From contig OZ286461.1 in assembly GCA_965644265.1 (NCBI GenBank), forward strand, positions 76,694,001 through 76,758,000: a DNA stretch of 64,000 bases, in the 5' to 3' direction. Each line of letters begins with the position of its first letter. The first letter of the stretch is position 1. This document shows positions 21,985 to 34,499 of the stretch, piece after piece. Source of the DNA: Glycera tridactyla (Eukaryota). The notes below the pieces were generated by a model. The model saw nothing but the letters and a program-made list of their open reading frames with translations, had not been told where the DNA came from and did no database searches. The position numbers and the translations under genes were made by a program.

Positions 21985-23351
21985 ATCTCATTTCTGTCCT
22001 GGTAGAATCTCCACTTCATACTATTCTTATAGAGTGATATTCTATCCTTGGTATTTAGTTCATTAGGCAGCATGTTTCTATGGATCTAATTGAATATGAT
22101 CTCTAGTCCAAAGGTGATGTCATGGCTGCTGGTTGGATGAACATAGATGGAATGAAGGACTTGTGAGAGCTCCCTAAGAAGTAGCGAAAGAATATCATGC
22201 TATGTTCGAAGTAGTATAGTATGATATTTCTCTATTTGAGTTCGTCAAAAACAGTGTACATCAACACGTATGTACAATTACCCCAAGACCAAGGGGGCTT
22301 TTTCGGATTGACGAATACAGTAGTGATACTCAGCTAGCTCACTCTATGAGTATGAATATGATTATGATCATGATTATGAGATGAAAAGAGCAAGGTATGA
22401 ATGAATGAGAGATGAGGATGCACCATGACACATGTGTTCCACTAAATCTAAGAAGGATAACTTCAACATATGAGTGGATAATATTGGCATGTCTTCATTG
22501 ACATATCACATACAGTTTCTGGTGCTGGAAATGAACAATGGTTGGGAACCGATAATAAATGACGCACATAAATGACGAATTGGATATGATCCACATCGAG
22601 TATATCAAGTAGTCAATACTTCTCTTGCAAATCCTTTCAATACGTCGAAGTATTGAGTGGACAATGCGAAACATAAGTCTGGTGCGATGTAAGGGATGAT
22701 CAAAATATATGCCAAGACGGAGTCGAGGATTGATCAAACAAGAGAAAGAGAAGGAACATGCTCACTGAGCAGTCAACTGACAGTCAATCATCATACCGAC
22801 GCTAAGATGTTATCAGCATGACTAGGAAAGATAGCGGGACTATTGGAGAACTACCCGAACGCCCGAACGACCCTTCAATGCTAGCGATTTCCATAAAATT
22901 ACTCCTCACGTTATGGCCTCAGAAGGAAATATCTCAAATTGCTGATCAGTCGAGGACCGCCGCACAATCCCTGATTCAGATCATGGCGCAACTACGATGA
23001 AGCACCAACAGTGGGTGATTGATATGGACAGTGCATGAAAACAGCTTCATAGTCACTAATGAGAAACAAATGGATGGTAGGTTACGCACCATCTGGATCA
23101 TCCAAGATCAATTCTGTGTATGCTTGTATTTGGATGGAGTGACAGGAGAGGGCATGTCTGGTAAGTGATGCGGTACTCACAGGAGATAAACCTGGGGTGT
23201 GTACACTGATCTACATAAATGAAACTATAATGTAATATACACAGAAACAAGGTTCTCAGGATAATATGAGCGGATGTTCTACAGGAGTCTGGTCAACTTT
23301 TTGTGTTGGTACCAGGGCTCCATCCTTTCTATAGGCCTTGTTTGGTGACTC
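21985..23351 (+). repeat. 1367-bp direct repeat, copy 2 (starts right after the LINE tail)
   Basis: Matches 12576-13942; see copy 1. Confidence 0.97.
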
Positions 23352-23410
23352 AGCGGTAGCGTACTTGGCCGGTGTGCAATGGGTCTGGGTTTCAATCCCC
23401 AGTCCTACCA
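23339..23410 (+). pseudogene. Degenerate tRNA-derived sequence (tRNA pseudogene or SINE head)
   Basis: A-box-like TGACTCAGCGGTAG (23346) and B-box-like GGTTTCAATCC (23388) at tRNA-like spacing, CTGGG/CCCAG T-stem, ends in CCA. Acceptor stem does not pair. Confidence 0.5.
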
Positions 23411-24089
23411 TGCAGGTATGTTTCACCCTTCATCTTCGATCCTCCTTGACAGGTGGTCTGATTTAGCCTACTGAAGTGCAGAAAGTGGACCTCAAACCTC
23501 ACCATTTCCATTTCCAACCTTTCTATAGATGCATCAGCGTGAGCAGGATTCATTCTTTCACAACATATCATCCTCGTCATTCAAGAAATGGGATGTGATA
23601 TAAACTCGAGATGTGACTGTTGAAATGCTTGTTGGAGTGGGCACCCTATGTCAGTTAGAATTTTGTTGATCGTCATGTGTGATGATTACTACTGAACAGG
23701 TTGCCTCACGTATGACGGGCGCCATGCGACAGAAACTCAACAGGCTAGATACAAGACAACTGGTGAGAGAATTATTTTCAGATGTCACGAGCTGTCATCC
23801 TCAGGAGCTAATTTACTTTCACATACTGGAAAACACATTGAGAAAGTAACATTATATTTTCCAAGCCAAATCTACTACTGGCTCAATGTCCATACATATA
23901 GATTGTGATCTGACTTGTCCGTCACTCAATATTTACGGATTACGCATATAATTTTCTGCTGTGATGACGTGTCGATCATACAGGTCTAAAACCCATTGCA
24001 TGATGACCTTCTGTATGTGGCGTTGATATTTTCCATTTTGATAATGGCTTCGCATTAGGTTAGAAATCTTGACACACGTTTAAAAGGTT

Positions 24090-25900
24090 GAGAGGCGGTG
24101 TTGAATATATAAATGCCTTCCATGAACCAGTGACTCATACGTGTCAGCACATTCCCCCACGCTTGCTTGGCACGTCACACAAGCATTCGCTGAGACTCAG
24201 CTCCATATACTCGTTTTCACATCTGATAAGACAGAAGAATATAATCAGCTCTTTCCGATGGCCGAGTCAAACACTGCATTGAATGCATCCAATGTTACCT
24301 CTCCAGGGCAGGGTGGCGTTCATTATCAAACGCTGAAACACCTCCCAGTCTGCTCTTTGCAGCTGATGCTCAATATCATTAACCAGATATGGGAGCCTGG
24401 GCTCTTATTTTGGCACCATTTCGGAGCAGGTGGATCAATTTAAGTTCATTTAAGTACAACGCTATGAATTTCACCCATAAACAGTCAATGAGTAGTTGTA
24501 TGAATGGAAGCACTGTACTAATACTCTACAAATCCCTGATTATGCCCATACTGGATTACGGAGACATTGCCTATGGATGCACAGGTGTCGATAATCAGCT
24601 GCGACTCCAAAGAATCCAGAACGCAGTTTGTCAGGTTGTCTTGAGTGCTGAACCAATGACGTCAGTTGCTGACATGCACCGGACCTCTAAACTAAATTTA
24701 TTGTTTGCATGCAGGGATGACCATGTGTCCACTTCTGTTTATCAATGTATCAGGGATCTCAACCCGCCTCCTCTTAACAGCTTTTTTGAAACCAGAGTCG
24801 ATGATGAGTGACCAATGTCAAGGAGTCAATCGACAGGTGTCTTAATGATGCCATGCTCAATCCTTATCATAGGGGCCAAGAACATTGGTGTTGGGGGGGG
24901 GGGGCAGAATATAAAATGACATTCCATCCACAGCCTGCCAGTCTTCAAAAAACGTCTGCAGGATATAAGGCAGTCATTTTTTGTTTTTGGCAACAATTTG
25001 TGTGTGTTGTATATGCCTGATTGGTAATTATAATGTCATATCTGTCAATGTGTCACTCCTGGCGTTCGGTGAATGTGGTCCAACCCACTTCCTTGACCAA
25101 TTTGCATCGATTGACAAATCGTGCCGAAAGATCTTGGTATATAATTTATGGCTTTGCATGCCTTACAAACCTCAGAATGTTTGATGCAGGTCCTATTCAA
25201 GCTTCAGGTATCTGTCTCCGGGCCTTTCAGACATCACCTACTGGAAGCCTCAATGTGGAAGCCAATGAACCCTCACTTCATTTACGAAGAATAAAGTTAG
25301 GTCTCCAGTATTGTCTGACATTGAAGGTTACCCCCATCGAACCTAACACATGAGTGTCTTCCCGCCAGAATATACAAAAATATTTCAAGAACTTCCCAAC
25401 GTCATAGCTCCCCTTGAAATAAGGTTCGAGAATTATTTCGGAAGTTACGACTTAAATACACTCCCAATATCACAGATGGACCCTGCCCAGATTGCAGACT
25501 AGGACAAAATTCACTTGAATTTGGCCCAGTCCACAGAAGAGACCACAAAAGTCAGCTGATTGGTCAGTGCTTTCAGGCAAACTGAGGGTCTTACTGGTGG
25601 CTTCTAAATACATATCAAGGTCATAAAAGCAAGAGTATTCATTTTACCCAGATTCTCTGTCATCTCTGAAGGTCTTGCTGGGAAATCTCAAGAACAGTAT
25701 ACCTTTGCAAATTTTGGAAGAGTATCAAAGATCATCAGGAGACTGTCAGACTTTGCTGGATTCCAAGCCATATTGGTATTTCCGAAAATGAGGTAGCTGA
25801 TAAAGCAGCCAAATCTGCTCTAGGTTTGCCAATCACCGAAATGGAAATCCACTATTCAGACTTCAAACCAAGAATTAAGCTCTTTATTGACTAACTGTGA
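24090..25900 (+). mobile_element. Decayed I/Nimb-type LINE with RNase H
   Basis: Fragments TEEYNQLF...SPGQGGVHYQTLKHLP..LQLMLNIINQIWE (~24230-24395), GICLRAFQTSPTGSLNVEANEPSLHLRRIKLGLQY (~25205-25315) and RNase H CWIPSHIGISENEVADKAAKSAL (~25754-25822). Many stops and frameshifts. Confidence 0.8.
24440..24830 (+). mobile_element. CR1/L2-type RT C-terminal fragment nested in the Nimb remnant
   Basis: LYKSLIMPILDYGDIAYG...RLQRIQNAVCQVVL...MHRTSKLNLL parallels the C-terminus of the intact ORF2 (LFNSLIQPLYYYADYIYG...RLQISQN). Confidence 0.65.
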
Positions 25901-28068
25901 TGGAAAAGATGGGCAAAAAAAAAGGAAGATTAATCATATGGCATCAGACAGAAATTGGGGGACTAATTCTCAGTAAGACCGATGGGAATATGCGGATGCC
26001 ATATCACAGTCAAGAATTTATTGGTGGGCTGTAGAAAATGTTCACATATTAGAGTAAACCATTACAATGTGGAAAATATGACGAAACCTTTCATGGAAGT
26101 TGACCCAGCAGACATATTTCATCATTCGCATGAATCTGGAGCAACCAGACAAATATGAATCTTGTGCATGCTGACCCAGTACATGCAGACTGAGAAATCA
26201 AAGGTTGGTTGTGTGCATGGAAGTCTGTCCCTGTATGCCCTGAAAGAACCTCTCCTTTCTTTCGAAAAGAATAGGGATGTCCCCCCCCCCCCCAGAAGAG
26301 TTGTCTCCTTTCTGCAGCATTTCGATGTTTTCAGTCCAATATAAGCCAAGGTGGTTGAAAGGACGTTACACTTAAACAAACAAACTCAGGTTCATGTTGA
26401 AGTATCGCTGGATATCTGCAGCATGTTGTGCAGTCACTTGTGTGTGATTCGATCGTCACATATGTCGGTTCTTGGGTGTTGTGATCGACAAATGAGAGAG
26501 TCAAAAAGGTTAGGCAGTCAATCCATGGCTGCATGGGACGGCAAGCAAAATTGTCCAGTCTGTAGACAATTTTCTTTTGAGAAAGTGCTCTTCTGTTCTT
26601 TTTGCACCACCAATGAGAGACTGCTTGTCTGTTATTTCTGTGCCACCAATGAGAGACTGCGTGTGGATAGAAATTTGGGTGGTCACACATATGAGTTTTT
26701 ATCGTACCACCTGTGTCAATAAAACAAATCACAATGATATAGGAAATCTGATTGTCAGTATGAGGCACTGCAAAAGTCATCAGATCTCTTGCATTGTAGT
26801 CTAACCTGCTAGAGGCTATCTCCTTACAATGACCATCTCGTGCATTGACCACAACAGTATTCTATGGTGAAAAACTCGAAAATTGGCCACCTATCTAAAG
26901 AGATCTTTTTATGCGAGTAATGTCAGTCTGTCTAGACGGTTTTACTATATGCATCATTCAGGCGGGACATGATAGTTGACTGGCTATAGCAAAGCTCCTA
27001 GACACTGTAGTCTGCATTGGAGCGAGGACAATGATCCCTGTAGCAATTTTGGCTGAAGCCGTCAATACAATCATAATCAAATTAGTCACGCTTCACATAT
27101 TGGGTGATGACTTCAGTTTTCATTCAATATCTAGTCAAACTTGTGTATTAAATTACAGACATGTGGAATCTGTTCTGCAGCCTCCTGATGCCAACTTCAG
27201 TCTAATTTCTATTAGCCCGTTTTGTTAAAGAATTGTCCATTTTCCGTAGGATGAGAGCGATATTAGCCACTAGTTGACTGGCTAATGGCTATCACCAATG
27301 CAGGTAGCTGAGAGGTGAATGCATTTGGATGGTGGGGTGAAGGGAAGCTTCCTTCTATCTATAGGGGAAAAGATTATCACAACATTTGGTCAGTAGATGG
27401 GTAATATTATGTATACATTCCTCTCGGGAGGCATTCATTGTGATGAATGAATAAGTCAGATTTATATCACATGTCCTAAAACAAACTGATCAGCTGGGGA
27501 CAGTACAGATAAGTATCACGACGCAGTATTGTACTGTGTGGGTAGTATCACGATATCTTATCATGACCCACCCCTATAGTACCACCTCTGGATAGTACTG
27601 GTAAGGCAACTGAATTTGTTGCTTCCAATAGTCAGATTGTTTCTGTGGAAGTGCATCAGGTGGATACTTCATATCATAATATGGAGAAACAGATTAGACT
27701 GGATGAAAAACTATTGGGTTCTTTTTCTTCGCTTAGTGGAGCCCTGAGAAGAAGGCTAAACAAGTTGAAACAGAAGGAAGAGTAGACGGGGAAGACTTTA
27801 GCTAGTGTTAGCTAATCAATGTCTGAAGTTGGATCAGAGATGAGAGACAGAATTATTTTCAGAAGCCATGGTAGACATGGCAGGAAGAGACATGTACCTG
27901 TTTGGGAGTGTCTAGTTCCTCCTGCCGTGAAGAGAGCAATGACTTCCCTGGCATGCACAGAGGTCACCCCAGGGCAAAGAGCAGTAGTAAGTGCTGAAGT
28001 ACATTTGAATTGAGTGTCCAGTAATCAAAGGCAGGTCGATCTAGATTTCGGAAATAGGGATGATCAGC

Positions 28069-28070
<2 letters not shown>

Positions 28071-28110
<40 letters not shown>

Positions 28111-28560
28111 TTACTTTATCTTCGGTCGTCAAAGTGATACAGTACAGAATAAATACAATACTTGTAACACAAACACAATTACCCTATCTTGGGGTTTCCC
28201 CTGGTCGACGACAGATACACAGACAAATAATATACTCGACGAAAAAAGGATAAGAAATGAGAAAGAAATGAGATCAACTGACTGTGCTTACAAGGTCTGT
28301 CATTCTCTGGTTAAGGACTGATTTAGTATGCCATATACCAAGTTGCATTAGTGCATTAATATGTTAAAGAGTGATATTAGTAGGATTCTGAGATAATGGT
28401 AGACACCTTAGGCGAACTGTTCAGCTTACTTATGATTGTACAATCTTTGTTTGTGAACAAACAAAGAGACAAGGACATCACTGATGCAAACTGGTAATCA
28501 TACCGGCGGAGACTTGATTTTTCTTCAAATATTTGCTGTCGAGATGCTTCCGTTTTATAC
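28071..28560 (-). mobile_element. Probable 5'-truncated LINE 3' end with an (ATCT)n tail; (GATA)n on the + strand at 28071-28110
   Basis: The microsatellite is seen directly. On the minus strand a short decayed ORF end is followed by an AT-rich UTR and the tetranucleotide tail. The LINE assignment is tentative. Confidence 0.35.
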
Positions 28561-28899
28561 ATCTTAGCAAGGCAGTAGCTGATGCTGGAGTAGCTCAGAA
28601 TAGAGCCTCAGATATTTCTGAAGGTGAGGAAGTGAAAGAGGCAGATAATTTGGCGGAGGTAGCTTTACCTTTCTCTTCACCCTCATCACGACCCAGAACC
28701 AACTTGATGAGGACTCGCAAAGTCGGTATGGATGGCATGGTCGAATCTTCAGCCAAATATTTCAGAATTTCAACCCTATGAATTATTGCTACAATGCCAG
28801 TTTGTATCGCATCAGAAGTACAGTAGTCACCCTAGTTGGAAACAGAGATGTCAGAGATGGAAGGGTGACTGAGAGCGATAACTAAATATCGAATGATGA

Positions 28900-31800
28900 G
28901 TTGACAATCAGAGGGTGACTTGTTCAGGAGAATCCAGGGTTTGGGAGCACTCGATTTTGAGACCAAAGGACAGCTAAGGGATCTACCTCTCGGTGAGGAG
29001 GAGCTATATCCAGGTAAGCTCGCAGAAACTTCCGAGCTTTGTAATGAATATGGTCATATTTATCGAGAGCTGACCTTCGATTTTGGTTTGGTACTTCAGC
29101 CTAATACCACAGCGTCTAAGACAATTACCCAGATGAAACATAGAAGGGGACCCAGGGGTGATGGAAAAGGCCAGAGATAGAGAGGAAGAGGCCGAGGTAG
29201 AGGGGCTGGTAGGGAACATGCTAGATCTGAGAATATCAAAGAGAGAGAGTACCAGAATTACCAGCAGCAGCAAGAGGAAGCTTCTCAGCAGAAGCAGGAG
29301 GTGAAGGTAACTTTCCCTAGGGCTAGGAGTCATGGAAAGAGTCGCCAGCTTTGCTGAGACAAGCATCACTCCTTCGCTATTGCAGATAGTGTTTCCTGAA
29401 CCAATGGATACTGATAACCTCCAACTGATGTGTTCTGAAGATTGCAGAGGACGGCCTCACATTGTCTTTCAAGAAGCAGGCACCCCTCTCAATTTTCTCT
29501 CTTGCTTTCTCCATGCCCAAAGGTCAGGAGAAGAGAGAAGCGTTACTTCTGAAGATCAGAACAATGTTTCAAAATCAGGTACAGCCTAACATGTCTATAA
29601 AAACCGACTTCGGTTGCATCAAAAAGTGGTCTTTATAGGCAGGTGGTCTTTATAGAGAGGTCATTTACTGTTGAAAGTACTACCACGGTCGCAGCTCAGG
29701 TGGTCTTTATAGAGAGGTGGTCTCTATAGAAAGGTGTTCTTTAGAGCATATTTGACTGTAGTAGTTTCGTTGGAAACCGGTACTACTGCAACCCGCTCCT
29801 GGTCTCCAAGGCAAGGGGGACTTTCATCAAGTAATCAATCCAAGACCCCTGAATTTGTGTCTTCACAATCAGAAATTCAAGATGGAGACCACCTTGTGCA
29901 TCACAAAATCCGTGACACTGATGGACTGGACGGTTTCCATCAACCTTGAAGATGCATAATTTTTGTGCCGATACATCGAAGCTATCAAAGATATCTGCGA
30001 CCTGCCATTCCGAAGATGGAATCATACCTGATTCATTTGGGCGCTTCCCTTTCTTCAGCGCCCAGGGTTCTCACCATGGTGCTGAGGAAGGTGGTGCATC
30101 ACCCCCATCAAATGGGACTCAAGATTCACTTTTACTTGGATGACTGGTTGCTGAGGCACCAGGATCCAACTGTTCTATCATACCAGCTGCAGTACTTTTT
30201 TCATTCGATGTCCAGCTTGGGGTGGAAAGTGAAGGTCGATGAGTCAGGCTCGATCCCCAGTCAACAATTCACATGACCGGGGATCGCGTCCAACACAGAA
30301 ACCGTCTTGTGCACCCATTCTAGAGGATAGAAGAAAGGTTGGAGCTTTGTGTTCGATTTAGTTCCCTGAAAGCCTTGGCAACCAATCAGAGCCATCTCGG
30401 CCTGCTCGGCCACATGTCGAGCATGGCAGATTATGCCCACCTAGGACGGCTTCAGATGAGGCCTTTTGCATATTCCCTGGGAGAACTTTCGATACTTCCA
30501 AAGATTATCTAGACAGTCTAGTGGCGGCAGAGGATCGATTTTCAGAGTGGCATATCATTGAGACCTCCTAAGGGGACTATCACTCTTTCGATGGATGTCT
30601 CCTCGTCAGGTTGGGGAGCTTATATGATCATGAGGAATGAATGAGAGAGTGTGCAGGAAACTGATCAACATCACATGTGGGAAAGTTGATAAATGCACTG
30701 GAATTGGAGACAGTGGTATGTGCTCTTCAAGAGTTTATGATATTCCTTCACAACCAGGTGGTGTTTGATCGGGAGTTAGGCATAGAAGTATTCGACCGAA
30801 TAGTGACAATATTCGGTATCTCACCCATAATGGATCTCATGGCTACGCCAGCAAACACCGAACTTCTAGATTTCATTGTCCATTGTGGGGAGGAAAGGAG
30901 TGTACAACTTCAGACCTCAATTGCTTTGCGTCCGTCTGGGGGACCCTCTCAAGCCACAATTATTCAGCAAAGGTGGTCGAGTGGATTATTCGGTGCATCA
31001 GAGCCCTTTAGCTTCCATCTATGATAGTAGATTAGAGAACTGTTTTTTTCTGGTGCAGAAACCACAGAATGGAGCATGAGAACCCATCTGCACCAGAAAT
31101 GGCGAAATGCTCCATGGAATGTTTTGAATCAGGTTCTCAACCTGCTACAGTAAGATGCTATACAAATGCATTCAATCTGTGTTTGTGCACCCGGGTGGGC
31201 TATTCTGAACACCAGGAACTTGAAATCTTCACAGAATAACCTTGAGCGTGAGCTACCAGTGTTGCAGAAAGCAGTCCTTCAGTGGGACTATTTTTGACAA
31301 CTAATTTTGAGCCCTTGGAATCCTCTGGGATCATGAATACAACAGGGAAGGTAGTCTTTGACAACACTGAACTCGAGCAGGCGCCGTAGCAAGGCATATG
31401 CTTTTTTTTGGTGCTCCAGGAGCAGTCCGTTTTTCTGCAGACAGGTCTAGCATCAGATTAGGTCCTGGTCCAGGTTTCCTGGCTAAAAACCAGAAACCTT
31501 CAAGGGTAGTCCAGAGGTCCTCATTCCAGCTCTGACTCAGGGAAGAGAATCCTCACTAGACGTATCCTTATGCCTGGGGGGGGGGGCACTGAATATATAT
31601 TTGAAAAGAGTTTCAGATTTCCGTTCTTGGAGAGTCTGTTTTTTCCCTCCCAGCAGGGCAACTTCTATGAAATCTGACTTGACAGAGTTCATCATGGATC
31701 CAGCCGGTGGTTAAGCTGGCTTATGAGTCAGAGGATAGGTCGAATGAACTTTCATCGTCACAGCTCGTAAAGTGAAAGGTATTTCTTTTTGTTGGAGGTC

Positions 31801-31950
31801 TTTTGATCAATCTTCTACAGATGAGGAGCTAATGCAGGCAGCCTTTTGGAGGTCAGGAGATACTTTTGTGACCTATCATATACGTGATATGTGGGGTCAG
31901 GCACCTGATTTGTATCCGTTGGGGCCATTAGTAGTGACCTGATCTTCGGT
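28900..31950 (+). mobile_element. Decayed DIRS-like tyrosine-recombinase retrotransposon (element 1)
   Basis: Gag end (KGQLRDLPLGEEELYPG, RG-rich), RT (FKMET, PIHRSYQRYLR, LSSAPRVLT, YLDDWLL), RNase H (DVSSSGWGAY, INALELETV), methyltransferase-like (MDLMATPAN) and YR pieces (PGFLAKNQ, QAAFWRSGDTF, GPLVV), in DIRS order with frameshifts. Confidence 0.85.
29582..29758. mobile_element. 177-bp MITE with TA target-site duplication, inserted in the DIRS RT
   Basis: TA|CAGCCTAACATGTCTATAAAAACC...GGTGTTCTTTAGAGCATATTTGACTG|TA with imperfect TIRs and internal GTGGTCTTTATAG repeats. TA duplication suggests the Tc1/mariner-pogo superfamily. Confidence 0.7.
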
Positions 31951-34499
31951 ACAGCAGCGAAAACAGGTTGCTGCAATATCTGTGTCTTGCATTCGTACAT
32001 ATCAATAGTACCTTTTTGAATACTCGAGATGTTGTTCTTTTGTACCTTCAAAGAGGTACTAATAAGAGAGACATGGGGTGTCACATATGAGGGTTGTTCC
32101 TATACACCTTCCATCCATGTCACAATAATGCTCAATTTGAGGGAGAGAAGGCACAGGGAACCTCAGGTTGAATCAATTAACCTGTAGGAAGGGGATATAA
32201 TGGATGCCTATCCTAGTTGACATATTCTGATACAGTACAATTTGTTATTGAGATGTCCTGTGTCGGAAAGTGCCGGGATTCCAGACTAACCCATTGGTAT
32301 TGGCAGACTGCGTCCAGGGGTTGTTATGCCTGCTTTGTTATGGCGCGGAGGGTGACTGGAGAATGATCATGATTTCCAGTGGGGTATCGAGATCGTAATT
32401 GGAATGAATGCCAAAATCGTCAGTGATTTCTCTCTGTCATGTGTCACAATGTATCACAATATGTTTGCCACATTACATCCTCTGTCACATTTTGAGTTGT
32501 AGCTATAGCCAGTCAATCAGTGATGGATTATGATCTGTGAATGTTGGATGTAGATGATGATAGAAGCTTGGCTGGGCTATCATCTTACTCTTTGATAGTG
32601 GGTTCCCCAGCAGTCATGGTCATGTCATAGTTATTGTGTAGTCAGGTTAGCTCCCAAGCTTTGCGAAAATGAATGCGGCCAGTCTGTGTGTATGGGTAGT
32701 GGACATTGTACTGCATATGATAGAGCACAGGAATCTGTGGATTTCAATGTAGTACTGCATGCCACATATGCCCGGAGCCAACAGGATCATGCAGTTCTGC
32801 AGTCTCTGTAGGAAGTTCGAGGTGAAAGAATGCTCAGAGAGTCAGTGTCTGGATCTCCTGCATAAAAAAGAGTGTTAGTGGAATCTAGATGGAGCTCACT
32901 GACAGGATGAATAGAATGAATATATAGAAGTCGATGGGAGAGTTGAAGCTCCTCGTAACAGAAACTAGCTCTGGATCTGCACCTGTCATGTCACTTTGAC
33001 CTGGAAAAGCCCATGTAACAGGAAACGGTGATCTTGCGTGTTACAAGAAATACAACTTCCCTTGTTAAGTTGGAATGATTTCGAACTCATTGTCTTGAGA
33101 ATATCTTGGGACCACGCTGGACCAGGAGAGATTTCCTGCCTTTTGGAATCAAGTACCAATCGGTATTTGCATTTGTGGGATCGGCAATAGAGGTTGACAC
33201 CATCATACAACATGGTTTTTGCATCATCATATATCAATTATTACAGGTGAGTCATGACAGAAGAGGTGTACCCCACAAGATAATATGCCACGACAAATAT
33301 ATGTTGTAAAAGAGGTAAGAGCAAGATACCAGAATGTTCATATTTTGATGAATATTTTACAATCCAGCTGGTGGTAGCAAGATGGTGAAATCGAAGTAAC
33401 TGGTGGCAAAATGAAAACAGAATTATATGAAGAATCTCATGATGGGGTTCTCGATTGATTGATTGTGTGGACCAGGCCAGTGGCCTCCAATGGGAGTGAG
33501 AATTTTTTTTCCCTATAGCACCAATACTGAATCCGGTGAATATTATATGTTGACCTCTGATTATTGGTGGTTTTCTATTCCAGGTATAATGGAGGATGGA
33601 TCAACTGAGGTAGGAAATTGGGCCAGCTTCGGTCATCACTGAATGGGATGTCCCGAAAAGACTTTCATGAAGTAGCGATAGCTTCAACCTCGTGAGCTAA
33701 ATTGTATCAAAATTATCAGATTACTCATCCGGAAGTTTATTAACCCTCCAGATCCAGCAAGAAATATGATCATCCTTGGTCTCTCCTATGGATGTAGAAT
33801 TCTGAGGAACAAACAGAGAAAGTCTGTCTGTTTTTCCCCACTAGATAAGGTAATCCCTGAATTTATCAACCCAGCTGAATTACAAGTAGAATAACAGATA
33901 TTGCAGGGACGAGAAGGTGAGAGACTCGATTTGGAAATGAAAAGGATCAGTAAAGCTCCCCAGATTGGACAAACAATCCTGAGTATCTTTCTGTATCATT
34001 TCCCCTGAAATTCAGCATGATATACGACATCGATTGTGGATTGTCCAAGCTGTAACCAGCCATGTGACTTCATCGAAGTCCGAAGAAATCTATAACCACA
34101 GCTACTGGACAGGTGTTATTTGGAGGCCTTCATGAAACAGCTTCACCCTTGTTGGCTGGAATAGAATCAGGTGCCTCAAGAATTTCCAAATTCTCATACG
34201 TGAGCTTCATCCCCTGTACTCTGAAGCACGGGACACACAGTCAACCTTGATCTAGATACAGCATTCCGAGAGGCAGACGTACAAAATCTGTTTCTCAGAA
34301 AGGAAGCAGCACATTGCAAATACAACTTCAATATCAGGACCATGTACGACAATGCATATGCTTGGCAGGAAGCTTTCTGCTAAGACCACAGGGAAGTCAG
34401 GGCCTGTAACAATTGACCAAATGAATAGTCAGCTGTGGAGAGAGTGGTCTCCCTTGTCTAGATAACTATTATTAACAATAAAACTATGACCGTCAATAG

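Noticed and set aside
12576-23351. LTR retrotransposon (1367-bp repeats as LTRs)
   Set aside because: The repeats lack TG...CA ends. The internal pol is APE-RT with no protease, RNase H or integrase, and the element has a LINE-type tandem tail before the second repeat.
32500-34400. Possible very old minus-strand LINE remnant
   Set aside because: Only vague motif echoes (e.g. LIPKGRK) in inconsistent frames; not supportable without alignment.
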